This document shows positions 9,899 to 19,054 of a stretch of DNA of 58,180 nucleotides, piece after piece. The stretch is taken from assembly GCA_947305635.1 (NCBI GenBank), contig CAMZEG010000001.1, positions 1 to 58,180 of the forward strand, written 5' to 3'. The notes under the pieces were generated by a model. It saw nothing but the letters and a program-made list of their open reading frames with translations. It had not been told where the DNA came from and made no database searches. Position 1 is the first letter of the stretch, and each line of letters starts with the position of its first letter. Position numbers and translations under genes: made by a program. Source of the stretch: an uncultured Clostridia bacterium. Its GTDB lineage: Bacteria; Bacillota; Clostridia; Oscillospirales; Acutalibacteraceae.

Positions 9899-11179
9899 TT
9901 ATCCTTCAAAAGCTTCGCGGTTGATCCAGAGGCCGAGGGCGGGGTTGGGGATGAAATAGATCTCCTCCCCGTCGACCTCGTTGTAGCCGTACTGCAGCTT
10001 TGCGGGATCATACTTCTTCGCCGTTTCGTCGTAGTCCGCCGCGTTGAAGCCGACGGAAGCGATCTCTTCTTTCGTGATCTCTTTCACGGCATAGGTGATC
10101 GAAAACCGGCCGTCCGACGAGCCGTGGATCAGGTGCGCCGCCGCGCCCATGTTCTCGCGCAGGTCACTGTTCTCCGGCTGTTTGAACATCTCGAGCGTAT
10201 GCAGGCGGCCTTTGTAGCCGTATTTGCGGATCAGCTGATCCACCCGGTCGTCCTCGCCGAAGCGCTCCACGCCGGGGGCAAGAATGATCAGCTCTCCGCC
10301 GTCCGCCATCGCCATGCGCGTGCGGTAGACGGCCTTGTTGCCGAGCCAGGTGCTCTTGAATTCAGAGGGATCGAGATAGACCACGCACTTTTTGAGCCCG
10401 TGCTCGACAAAGTCGATGTTCTTCTCCTGCGCCAGCTTCACGGCGTTTGTCAGGCAGTCCCGCCCCTCGCCGATAAACAGGCCGTGGGTGCGGATCACGC
10501 CGCCGGGCGCCGTCGTGACGGTCAGGACGAACAGGATCGGGCGCGCTTGCAAAAAGTGCTCCATGCCGTAATCGAACATCTTGCGGACCGGGGTGTGGTC
10601 CTTGCCCATCATGCGCTCCATCCCGTAGACCGCGCCTACCATGTGCGAGCGGTTGATCATCTCGCTGCCGCCCACGCCGACAAAGAAGTTCTTCGCGTGG
10701 TTCGCCATGCCGATCACCTCGTGCGGGACGACCTGCCCCGGGGAGATGATGAGATCGTAGCTTTCGTCCATGACCAGACGGTTGACCTCCACGGCGACCG
10801 CTTCGGTCCAGAGGCCTTCGGTGATCTCGGAGATATAGTCTGCCGGGACCTCGCCGAGCTTGACCACGTCAATGCGCCAGTTATGGACCAGCATCCGCTC
10901 GAACGGAACGTCGCCGAACATGGCGTCCCACTGGGCTTTTGTCACCGGCACATGGGTGCCCAACGCCGGCAGAATGTCGACTTCGACACCCGCGTTCGTC
11001 AGCGCGTGGTAATACACGTTCGTGATATAGCCCGCGTTGGAATGGAAGCGGGTGAAGTCCGGCGGAAGGATCAGGACCTTTTTCAGCGAGCGGCCCTCCA
11101 GAGACGCCAGCAGGGCCGTTTTGATCTCCTCCGGCGTCAGACCGGTTTCCGCTTCGGCAATTCGATAGATATCTTTCAT
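9899..11179 (-). CDS. LarA-like (DUF2088) nickel-pincer-dependent 2-hydroxyacid racemase/epimerase homolog
   Basis: 426 aa. Motifs PPDFTRFHS, ALGTHVP and VVPHEVIGMANHAKN align by eye with the LarA Asp72/Arg75, His108 and His174/Lys184 regions. The start overlaps the HAD stop (ATGA). Confidence 0.75.
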   Translation of the reverse strand: MKDIYRIAEAETGLTPEEIKTALLASLEGRSLKKVLILPPDFTRFHSNAGYITNVYYHALTNAGVEVDILPALGTHVPVTKAQWDAMFGDVPFERMLVHNWRIDVVKLGEVPADYISEITEGLWTEAVAVEVNRLVMDESYDLIISPGQVVPHEVIGMANHAKNFFVGVGGSEMINRSHMVGAVYGMERMMGKDHTPVRKMFDYGMEHFLQARPILFVLTVTTAPGGVIRTHGLFIGEGRDCLTNAVKLAQEKNIDFVEHGLKKCVVYLDPSEFKSTWLGNKAVYRTRMAMADGGELIILAPGVERFGEDDRVDQLIRKYGYKGRLHTLEMFKQPENSDLRENMGAAAHLIHGSSDGRFSITYAVKEITKEEIASVGFNAADYDETAKKYDPAKLQYGYNEVDGEEIYFIPNPALGLWINREAFEG

Positions 11180-12015
11180 GGCTCATTCTCCCAAAGAAAA
11201 TGGTGTATCGCGTGGGCGACGCCGCTGTCGCCGCAGTCGTCCGTGATATAGTCCGCGGCCTGTTTGACCGAGTTCTCCGCGTTCCCCATGGCGACGCCGA
11301 TTCCCGCTGCCTGCAGCATGGAAAGATCGTTGCGGTCGTCGCCGAACGCCATCGTCTGCGCGACCGGGATATCGAGATACGCCGCCAGCTTTTGCAGCGC
11401 GACGCCCTTGGTGGCGTCCCGGCTGTTGATCTCGATATTGTTGACGATCGAGGTCGTCACGACGAGATCGGGAAACAGTTCCGGCAGTGACTGCAGCGCT
11501 TCGGCGCGCTTTTCCATATCGCGGAAGAAGATCTGGATCTTCTGGACGCCCGTCGCCCGCGCCTGCAGACAGGCCTTGAGTTCCGGCACGGGCGTGCGCA
11601 GATTGCGGATCATATCCAGACTGTGGATGTTGGCGGCATATTGGTCCGCCTTGTCGTAAAACGCCTGCGTCATCCAGCCCCAGCCGTCCTGATAGCAGTC
11701 GTAGATCACGTCCAGCTCATCCAGCCGCTCCATGACTTCCACCGCGCGCTGCCAGGGAATCTCCGAGCCGCAGACGGTTTTCTGTCGCGCGATGTCGTAG
11801 ACGGCGGCGCCGTTGATCGAGATCACGTAGCGGACATAGGGCAGATCCCGGATCAGCTGCGGCATGCCGCGGTAGAACCGGCCGGTTGCGGGGACGATCT
11901 CAACCCCCGCTTCGGCCGCTTTTGCAAGCGCCGCCGCGTTCTCCGCGGAAAGACGCTTGTCGGCGTCGAGGAGCGTGCCGTCCAGATCCAGCGCGATCAG
12001 CCTGATGTTATGCAT
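11176..12015 (-). CDS. Cof-type HAD-IIB family hydrolase (sugar phosphatase-like)
   Basis: MHNIRLIALDLDGTLL... includes the DxDGT motif, and later FGDDRNDLSM. ATG at 12013-12015 overlaps the gnd stop by 8 nt. Confidence 0.85.
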   Translation of the reverse strand: MHNIRLIALDLDGTLLDADKRLSAENAAALAKAAEAGVEIVPATGRFYRGMPQLIRDLPYVRYVISINGAAVYDIARQKTVCGSEIPWQRAVEVMERLDELDVIYDCYQDGWGWMTQAFYDKADQYAANIHSLDMIRNLRTPVPELKACLQARATGVQKIQIFFRDMEKRAEALQSLPELFPDLVVTTSIVNNIEINSRDATKGVALQKLAAYLDIPVAQTMAFGDDRNDLSMLQAAGIGVAMGNAENSVKQAADYITDDCGDSGVAHAIHHFLWENEP

Positions 12016-13459
12016 TGTAGGTGGTTGCCGCGGTGTTGCCGCCGTGGCCGGTCCAGTTGGTGTGGAAGAACTCGCCTCTGGGCGCGTCGACTCTTTCATA
12101 GGTATGGGCGCCGAAGTAGTCGCGCTGGGCCTGCAGCAGATTCGCCGGCAGACGCGCGGTGGTGTAGCCGTCAAAATAGCTGAGCGCGCTTGTCATGGCC
12201 GGCGCCGGAACGCCGTACTGCACCGCCGCCGCGGCGACTTTACGCCACGCCGGGACCAGCTTTTCGATCGTGGCCTTGAAATAAGGAGCGAGGATCAGGT
12301 TCTTGAGATCGGGGTCGGCCTCATAGGCTTCCTTGATCTTGCCGAGGAAGACCGAACGGATGATGCAGCCGCCGCGCCACATCAGCGCGATGCCGCCGTA
12401 GTTGAGGTTCCAGCCGTAGTGGTCGGCCGCGGTGCGCATCAGGGTATAGCCCTGCGCGTAGGAGATGATCTTGGAGGCGAACAGCGCCTGCCGGATCGCT
12501 TCGACCATCTCCGCCTTGTCACCTGCGAACGCGGGGATCTTTCTGTCAAAGACCTTTGCGGCCTCAACGCGTTCCTCTTTCATGGCGGACAGGCATCTCG
12601 CGAAGACCGCTTCGCCGATCAGGGTCAAAGGCACTCCCTCGTCGAGCGCCGCGATCCCGGTCCATTTGCCGGTGCCCTTCTGGCCCGCGGTGTCGAGGAT
12701 TTTCTCCGCCAGCGGCGCGCCGTCGGTGTCCTTATAGGCGAGAATGTCGCGGGTGATCTCGACCAGATAGCTGTCGAGTTCGGTCTCGTTCCACTGCTTG
12801 AATGTCTCGTGCATTTCGTCATAGCTCATGCCGAGCAGATCGCGCATCAGCTGGTACGCTTCGCAGATCAACTGCATATCGCCGTATTCGATGCCGTTGT
12901 GGACCATCTTGACAAAGTGGCCCGCGCCGTTTTCGCCGACCCAGTCGCAGCAGGGTTCACCGTTTTCCACTTTCGCGCAGATACCCTGGAAAATGGGTTT
13001 GACATAGGGCCACGCCGCCGGAGAGCCGCCGGGCATCATGCTCGGGCCCTTGAGCGCTCCCTCTTCGCCGCCGGAAACGCCGGTACCGATATAGAGTTTG
13101 CCCTTGGATTCGACATACGCGGTTCTGCGCATGGTGTCGGGAAAGTGGGAGTTGCCGCCGTCGATAATAATGTCGCCGTCCTCCAGAAGCGGCAGCAGCC
13201 GGTCGATCATCGCGTCCACGGAGGGGCCGGCCTTGATCATCATGAAGACCTTGCGCGGCTTTTCGAGATTCGCGATCAGCGCTTCGAGGCTGTGGCAGCC
13301 GATGATATTCTTGCCTTTTGCGCGGCCGTTGATAAAGTCGTCCACCTTGGACGTGGTGCGGTTGAAGACCGCGACGGTGAAGCCCTTGGACTCCATGTTC
13401 ATCACGAGGTTTTCGCCCATGACGGCGAGTCCGATCAAACCGATATCAGCTTTTTTCAT
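12008..13459 (-). CDS. gnd: 6-phosphogluconate dehydrogenase, decarboxylating
   Basis: 483 aa starting MKKADIGLIGLAVMGENLVMNM..., with GVSGGEEGA and an overall unmistakable Gnd sequence. AGGAGG RBS present. Confidence 0.95.
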   Translation of the reverse strand: MKKADIGLIGLAVMGENLVMNMESKGFTVAVFNRTTSKVDDFINGRAKGKNIIGCHSLEALIANLEKPRKVFMMIKAGPSVDAMIDRLLPLLEDGDIIIDGGNSHFPDTMRRTAYVESKGKLYIGTGVSGGEEGALKGPSMMPGGSPAAWPYVKPIFQGICAKVENGEPCCDWVGENGAGHFVKMVHNGIEYGDMQLICEAYQLMRDLLGMSYDEMHETFKQWNETELDSYLVEITRDILAYKDTDGAPLAEKILDTAGQKGTGKWTGIAALDEGVPLTLIGEAVFARCLSAMKEERVEAAKVFDRKIPAFAGDKAEMVEAIRQALFASKIISYAQGYTLMRTAADHYGWNLNYGGIALMWRGGCIIRSVFLGKIKEAYEADPDLKNLILAPYFKATIEKLVPAWRKVAAAAVQYGVPAPAMTSALSYFDGYTTARLPANLLQAQRDYFGAHTYERVDAPRGEFFHTNWTGHGGNTAATTYNA

Positions 13460-13476
13460 GTCAAATCATCCTCCTT

Positions 13477-14535
13477 TTATCGTTGCACACGGGCGTTGCC
13501 CTTGTATACATCCCAGACCTGCTTTTCGTCCGCGGGTTCCGCGTAGTCGTTGAGACTGCTGGCCGCCAGCACGCCGGTGGCCCAGCCGAACTGCAGCCAT
13601 TTGTCGGGCGTCCATTCCTTGAGCACGCCGTAGAGCAGACCGCCGGAGAAGCCGTCGCCGCCGCCGATGCGGTCCATGACCTGGATCGGTCTTGGCTCTT
13701 CGACATACCAGCTGCCGTCCGCCCAAAGGATCGCGCCCCAGAGGTGCTCGTTGGCGGAGACCACCTGCCGCAGCGTCGTCGCATAGGCGCGCGCCTGCGG
13801 GTACTTTGCTCTGACCTGGTCGATCATGCTTTGGAAGCGCTCGATTTTGGACGCGAGCTCTTTGCCGCCGGCTTCGGGACCATGGAAGCCCAGACAGAGC
13901 TGGAAGTCCTCCTCGTTGCCGATCAGGATGTCGGCGACACTAGCGATCTCATGGAAGGCGCTGCGCAGTTCCTCTTCGCGGCCCTTCCAGAACGTCGCGC
14001 GGTAGTTGAGGTCGAAGCTGACGAGCGTGCCGTACTGCTTGGCCTTTTTCGCGATCTCAAGGCAGCACTTGGTCGTCGCCTCGCTCATCGCGGCAATCAG
14101 ACCGGAGAGGTGGAAGATGCAGACGCCCTCTTCCCCGAAGATGCGGTCGAGGTCGAAATCGTCGGCGGAAAGCGTCCGGCCGATCTCGCCGGCGCGGTCG
14201 TTCCAGACGCGCGGCGCCCGCAGCCCGAAGCCGGAATCCGCGATATTGAACTGGTGCCGGTAGCCCCAGGGGCCGCCCTGCGGCACCTCTTTTCCCTCAA
14301 AGCGGATATTGCGCGCGCGCAGCTGCCGCCGGATGAAGTCCGCCATCGGCGAACCCTCAACGAATTTTGTCATGGCAAGGCATTCGTTGCCGAGACTGGA
14401 CGCCACGTTCAGAACGTTGGTCTCGGCCGAGGTCGCCTGCAGGTAGAACAGGTTGCTGTTCTGTACTGCCATGCGGTCCTGCGGGGTGATTCTGAGGCCC
14501 ATGCTGGTGACTGTGGCGATTGCGTATTTTTTCAT
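13477..14535 (-). CDS. PfkB-family sugar / sugar-acid kinase (KdgK-like)
   Basis: The C-terminal DRIGGGDGFSGGLLYG motif is typical of the ribokinase/PfkB family. ATG at 14533-14535 follows AAGGAG. Confidence 0.85.
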   Translation of the reverse strand: MKKYAIATVTSMGLRITPQDRMAVQNSNLFYLQATSAETNVLNVASSLGNECLAMTKFVEGSPMADFIRRQLRARNIRFEGKEVPQGGPWGYRHQFNIADSGFGLRAPRVWNDRAGEIGRTLSADDFDLDRIFGEEGVCIFHLSGLIAAMSEATTKCCLEIAKKAKQYGTLVSFDLNYRATFWKGREEELRSAFHEIASVADILIGNEEDFQLCLGFHGPEAGGKELASKIERFQSMIDQVRAKYPQARAYATTLRQVVSANEHLWGAILWADGSWYVEEPRPIQVMDRIGGGDGFSGGLLYGVLKEWTPDKWLQFGWATGVLAASSLNDYAEPADEKQVWDVYKGNARVQR

Positions 14536-14700
14536 AACTGACACTCCTTTACACACTGCTTTCGGCCGGTGATTTTTGATATAAAGTATTAATTTATATT
14601 ATCATATTGCGCGCCAAAAATCAAGAATTTCGCGTCAGATTGTTCCATCCGGTCGCCTCCCTTCTTCTTTCGGTGGTGCAACTGATTACTGCATTGCCGA

Positions 14701-15093
14701 TTATGTCTGCTGATCGTTCAGGGTTGCCTCCACTTTGTTCAGCGTGGTAAAGAACCGGTGCGTGGCGACCATCGGCCCGCACAGCAGCATGCCGAAGATG
14801 TTCCAGCCGAACATGTGCCACCAAGAAGTGTATGGCCCTTCGACGCCGAGCGCGATCGCCTTTGCCTTCAGCTCTTCCGCAATGCGCGCCATCCAGACGA
14901 GGGTATAGATGAACAGGGTCGGGATGCCGAGCAGATAGGCCTGCCAGTACGGCCGCACCTTGTGTCCCAGCACGTCTTCCAGTTCCGCCTGCAGACCGCC
15001 GAACGGCATATACAACAGAAAGAACAGACCCGCCGTGAAGAAATCGATAAACCCGAGCAGAAAACCGCAGCGGTTGGTATGTTTGAAACGCAT
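14701..15093 (-). CDS. Small membrane protein (DUF4234-like)
   Basis: 130 aa with 3-4 hydrophobic segments. ATG at 15091-15093 lies 6 nt after GAGGTG. Confidence 0.5.
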   Translation of the reverse strand: MRFKHTNRCGFLLGFIDFFTAGLFFLLYMPFGGLQAELEDVLGHKVRPYWQAYLLGIPTLFIYTLVWMARIAEELKAKAIALGVEGPYTSWWHMFGWNIFGMLLCGPMVATHRFFTTLNKVEATLNDQQT

Positions 15094-15236
15094 AACACTC
15101 ACCTCATCAAAGACAGTTGTCATAAACTACGGTTTCATTATACTCCGAACCCTGCGAAAACGCAAGGAAGAACCAAGGTTTCGTTTCAGGGCGTTTCTCA
15201 TCCCGCGAAACCCGCCGCGCAGAATCAAGAATTTCC

Positions 15237-15265
15237 TTGACATTCCCGCGATATCAAGATAAAAT
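15237..15265 (+). promoter_or_regulatory. Sigma-A-type promoter
   Basis: TTGACA, 17 nt, TAAAAT, about 60 nt upstream of the 15330 start. Confidence 0.45.
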
Positions 15266-15329
15266 GATTCTAGCACTTGTCAAAGCCAAAATTCACGGTT
15301 CCAAAGAAACGGCCAAAGGAGAAATGAAA

Positions 15330-15849
15330 ATGAACACACGGGAAATCAAGCTGAAAATCCACGACGAATCGTAGCTCTTCTCTCCGTTGGACCCGGATCA
15401 GACGATGATCTCGGACGACGTCATCGACTATCTGTCTCGTGTCTTTCTCAACAAGCACAGACGGCTGCGCGAGTCTTTTTGTGATTCATATCATCAGTGA
15501 CGAACCGATGAATGAGGCGCATGTGAAAAACGCGATCCAAACGGAGTTCGACCGGCATAAGGACGATATCCGCCACGCGCTCAGACGGCTGATGCTCAAG
15601 CTGATCGTTCTGGCCGTACTCGGCGTCGCGATCCTCTGTCTCTGGCTGTACCTTTCGGCCACACGGGAAACCGTCGGCGTCGAAGTCCTGTCCATCATGG
15701 GCTGGGTCTGCGTCTGGGAAGCGACCAGTATCGCCGTTTTGCAGCGTCCCGAGCTTCGCCGCATGTGGCTGAACATTGAGCGGCTGACCCGGGCGGAGAT
15801 TCTCTTCCGGACGACAGAAGAGCAAAGTCAGGACACGCCGGCTGTCTGA
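15330..15849 (+). pseudogene. Disrupted two-TM membrane protein gene (in-frame TAG plus a +1 frame change)
   Basis: An AAGGAG RBS precedes MKMNTREIKLKIHDES-TAG(15372)-LFSPLDPDQTMISDDVIDYLSRVFLNKHRRLRES. The reading frame then continues in ORF 15439..15849 after a shift near the T5 run at 15476-15480. Confidence 0.5.
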
Positions 15850-15874
15850 GGGCAGAGGCAAAAGAAAAACAATA

Positions 15875-15903
15875 AACCCGCCTTTGACGGCGGGTTCGTT
15901 TTA
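15875..15903. terminator. Bidirectional terminator
   Basis: aacccgcc tttgac ggcgggtt hairpin followed by a ttttatt tract. It lies between convergent genes. Confidence 0.55.
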
Positions 15904-15922
15904 TTGCTTTGGAAAAGCTGCT

Positions 15923-17893
15923 TTACTGCGGCGCGCGCATGCCTGCGGGCGGCGGCGGGAACCCGGCGGGCGGGCCTTCGGGCGGGACGTCCGGCGCGTC
16001 CGCGGGCGTGGTATAGCGCTTCGCCTGGGTGGAGAAGAGCGTATAGTATTCGCCGTGCTTTTCCATCAGTTCGCGGTGGTTGCCGATTTCTTCCACCTTG
16101 CCGTTTTTCAATACCACGATCTTGCTGGCCGTGGTGGCGCTCGAAAGCCGGTGAGAGACGAAGATCGAGGATTTGTCGCTGCGCAGCGTCTCAAACTGGT
16201 TGAAGATCTCCTGCTCGGCAAGGGGATCGAGCGACGCGGTGGGCTCGTCGAGGATCAGGATATCGGAATCGCTGTAGAATGCGCGGGCAATGGCGATCTT
16301 CTGCCACTGACCGACGGAAAGCTCCGTCCCCTCCTCTTCGAAATAGCGCATCAGCGGCGTGTCGTACCGCTCCGGCAGCGCTTCGATAAACGCTTTGGCG
16401 TTGCTGTGACCGGCGGCTGTTTCCACCTCGGTCTGGTTCAGATCCTTCATCACTTCGCCGAACGCGATGTTCTCCTTCACCGTCACGGCGTATTTGCCGT
16501 AATCCTGAAAGACGATGCCGAAAATGCCGTAAAGCTGCTGCACGTCGTATTCTTTGATATCGTGTCCGTCCAGGAGAATCACGCCGTCCGTCGGGTCGTA
16601 GAGGCGCATCAGGAGTTTGATAAGCGTCGTCTTCCCCGCGCCGTTCAGGCCGACCAGCACGATCGAATCCGAGGGTTCGATGGTGAAGCTGATGTTTTCG
16701 AGCACGTTCTTTTTCGTGCCGGGATAGCGGAACGAGACGCCCCGGAACTCCACGGTGTGCTTGCCCCGCACGATCTGCCGGGGCGGGTCGATGCTGGGGA
16801 CGATCTTTTTCTCTTCCTTCATAAAGGCGATCATGTTGTTGATGAACAGCGTACCCTCATAAATGGAGGCGGTCGTGGTGATCAGGGTGGAGATGCCGTT
16901 GGCGATGGACGTGAGCGCGCCGGTATACAGCGCGTAGTTACCGACCTCGTACGCGCCGTTGAAGACGCCCTGCGCGATCTTCACGAACAGCACGCAGTTC
17001 ACCACTGTGGACAGCAGCGTCGCCGCGATCGACCAGCCGCACTCCTGCACCATCAGGCGCCGCAGGCCTTTGAAATAGTCCGCGAACACGGTGTTGTACT
17101 TCCCGATGAAGGTGTCGGCAAGGCCCAGCATGCGGATCTCCTTCACGAGGTCCTTGTTGACCATCACGTCCGAATAGTAATTGAGCTGCCGTCTGCTCTT
17201 GGAGCGCAGGAACAGGTAGTTGAAGTTCTTCTTGCGGAAATGGAAGTTGACCACGGTCGACGGGATCGCCACGGCGATGATCAGCAGCGCAGGCACCGCG
17301 CCGATGGCCGCGATCACGATGATGTACGAGATGATGCTGATCACGGTGGAGATGATCGAGAACGCGGCGCTGAGCACCTCGATCGGGCGGCGGGCGGCCT
17401 CGCGGTTGGCGTTTTCCAGCTTGGAATAGTAATCGGGACTGTCGTAACTGGCGAGATCCACCTCTTTCGCCTTTGTCATCAGCTTCACCTTGATGTGGTT
17501 CGCCACGATCTCGCCGGAGATCCGGTTCACGGTGGCGTAGACGCGCGCCACCACGGCGGAAAGCAGCAGGTAGGCGAAGTTCAGAATCAGCAGCGTCGCG
17601 ATGATTTTGAAGTCGGTCAGCTCGCCGCTGTAGGCACGGGCAAGATCGTTCAAAATCTCTTTGCCAATCAGCGAGCCGACGACGGGCATGACGCCGTTGA
17701 ACAGCGTCATGAACGACATGACGAACAGAATCGATTTGTTCGCCTCCCAGACGAGTTTCAGAATATAGAACATCCGGCCGGCGGTTTCCCCGACGACGTT
17801 TTTGATATAGGCGGGCACTTCCCGGACAGTTTTGGGCTTTGCGGTGCGGTACTGATCGTTGATCGTTCCGCTGGGCGGCGGAGGCATCATCAT
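15923..17893 (-). CDS. ABC transporter, fused permease/ATP-binding protein (MsbA/MDR exporter type)
   Basis: Six-TM domain plus an NBD with Walker A GLNGAGKTT, signature LSVGQWQ and Walker B ILILDEP. The start MMMPPPP at 17893 follows GGGGAG. The C-terminal tail is Pro-rich. Confidence 0.9.
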   Translation of the reverse strand: MMMPPPPSGTINDQYRTAKPKTVREVPAYIKNVVGETAGRMFYILKLVWEANKSILFVMSFMTLFNGVMPVVGSLIGKEILNDLARAYSGELTDFKIIATLLILNFAYLLLSAVVARVYATVNRISGEIVANHIKVKLMTKAKEVDLASYDSPDYYSKLENANREAARRPIEVLSAAFSIISTVISIISYIIVIAAIGAVPALLIIAVAIPSTVVNFHFRKKNFNYLFLRSKSRRQLNYYSDVMVNKDLVKEIRMLGLADTFIGKYNTVFADYFKGLRRLMVQECGWSIAATLLSTVVNCVLFVKIAQGVFNGAYEVGNYALYTGALTSIANGISTLITTTASIYEGTLFINNMIAFMKEEKKIVPSIDPPRQIVRGKHTVEFRGVSFRYPGTKKNVLENISFTIEPSDSIVLVGLNGAGKTTLIKLLMRLYDPTDGVILLDGHDIKEYDVQQLYGIFGIVFQDYGKYAVTVKENIAFGEVMKDLNQTEVETAAGHSNAKAFIEALPERYDTPLMRYFEEEGTELSVGQWQKIAIARAFYSDSDILILDEPTASLDPLAEQEIFNQFETLRSDKSSIFVSHRLSSATTASKIVVLKNGKVEEIGNHRELMEKHGEYYTLFSTQAKRYTTPADAPDVPPEGPPAGFPPPPAGMRAPQ

Positions 17894-18017
17894 AGCCAAT
17901 CTCCCCTTTTTTTGTGGATTCTGTAACATCATTATTGTAACACGGGAAATGCCGGAATGCAAGACGAAGAAGGCGTTTCCCGGATGAAATACTTCCTTTG
18001 ATTCTTCTGTTTTCGGG

Positions 18018-18046
18018 TTGATTTTCAACCGGAATCAGGCTATAAT
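18018..18046 (+). promoter_or_regulatory. Near-consensus promoter for the nucleoside hydrolase-rbsK operon
   Basis: TTGATT, 17 nt, TATAAT. Confidence 0.5.
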
Positions 18047-18091
18047 TAGGCCATAAGAAAAAGAATCATAACCCGCACGGAGTTGAGAACT

Positions 18092-19054
18092 ATGAACACG
18101 AACCCTACGGTCTTTGCGGCCGTCAAAGAGACCAGAGAAACGCCGCGCAATATCATCTTCGGCACGGACTGGTGGACGGACTGCGACGACGTCGCCGCGC
18201 TCGATATCCTGCTCAAAGCACACAGGTTTGGCCTGATCGCGCTGAAAGCGATCGGCGTCAACAGCGTGATGCAGTATTCCGCGCCGTCGGTCAAAGCGAT
18301 GTGCGAACAGCACGGCTTGGGCGATATCCCGATCGGTCTTGATTCCAGCGCAAAGCGGAAGGGCGACTTTTGCCTGTACCAGAAAAAGCTCTCCGCCTTC
18401 TGTCAGTCCAATTTCAAAAACGCCGACTGCCCAGAGGCCTACAAGCTGTACCGCAGTACGCTCGCCTCGCTGCAGGAAAAAGCGGTCATCGTTGACGTCG
18501 GATTTCCGCAGATCATCATGGAGCTTTTGCAGTCGGAGCCGGATGGATCCAGCGAGCTGGACGGGATGCAGCTGGTGAAAGACAAGGTCTCCGAGATCGT
18601 TCTCATGGGCGGACGATGGGACAAGAATCCCGGCAGAGAATATAACTTTTTCGCATATAAACTGAACCGCGAAGCGGCGGCGTTTATCTGCGAACACTGC
18701 CCGGTGCCCGTGACGTTTCTCGGCTACGAAGTCGGAAAGGACGTCGTCACCGGCGGCAGGGAGGTGCCCGGGCTGACCGGCGTCGCGTACACGGCGCACC
18801 TCAGCCGGCGCGGCCGTCCCTCGTGGGACCCGATGACGGCGCTTTACGCCGTGATCGGCGACGCAGAAACGGCGGGCTACCGAAAAGTCCGCGGCAAGGC
18901 GACCGTCAGCCCCCGCACCGGCGCGAACCGCTTTGAAGTCTGCGACGGCGGGACGCATGCCTACCTTGTCAAAGAAAAAGAAGACAGCTTTTACAAACAC
19001 CGGATCGATGAAATCCTGATGACGGACGAACCGTCGGAGGCGCAAGATGCATAA
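18092..19054 (+). CDS. Nucleoside hydrolase-like protein
   Basis: The N-terminal GTDWWTDCDDVAAL matches the Asp-rich motif of inosine-uridine-preferring nucleoside hydrolases. The gene overlaps rbsK by 8 nt. Confidence 0.75.
   Translation: MNTNPTVFAAVKETRETPRNIIFGTDWWTDCDDVAALDILLKAHRFGLIALKAIGVNSVMQYSAPSVKAMCEQHGLGDIPIGLDSSAKRKGDFCLYQKKLSAFCQSNFKNADCPEAYKLYRSTLASLQEKAVIVDVGFPQIIMELLQSEPDGSSELDGMQLVKDKVSEIVLMGGRWDKNPGREYNFFAYKLNREAAAFICEHCPVPVTFLGYEVGKDVVTGGREVPGLTGVAYTAHLSRRGRPSWDPMTALYAVIGDAETAGYRKVRGKATVSPRTGANRFEVCDGGTHAYLVKEKEDSFYKHRIDEILMTDEPSEAQDA

Noticed and set aside
14619-15235. Shared 13-mer aatcaagaatttc at 14619-14631 and 15223-15235, both next to promoter -35 elements (possible common operator)
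   Set aside because: A single 13-nt exact match is expected by chance several times in a 58-kb window. There is no dyad symmetry or further similarity around it.
15372-15374. In-frame TAG as programmed readthrough or pyrrolysine
   Set aside because: No pyl genes or PYLIS-like context are visible. The same gene also needs a frameshift, so decay or sequencing error is the simpler explanation.
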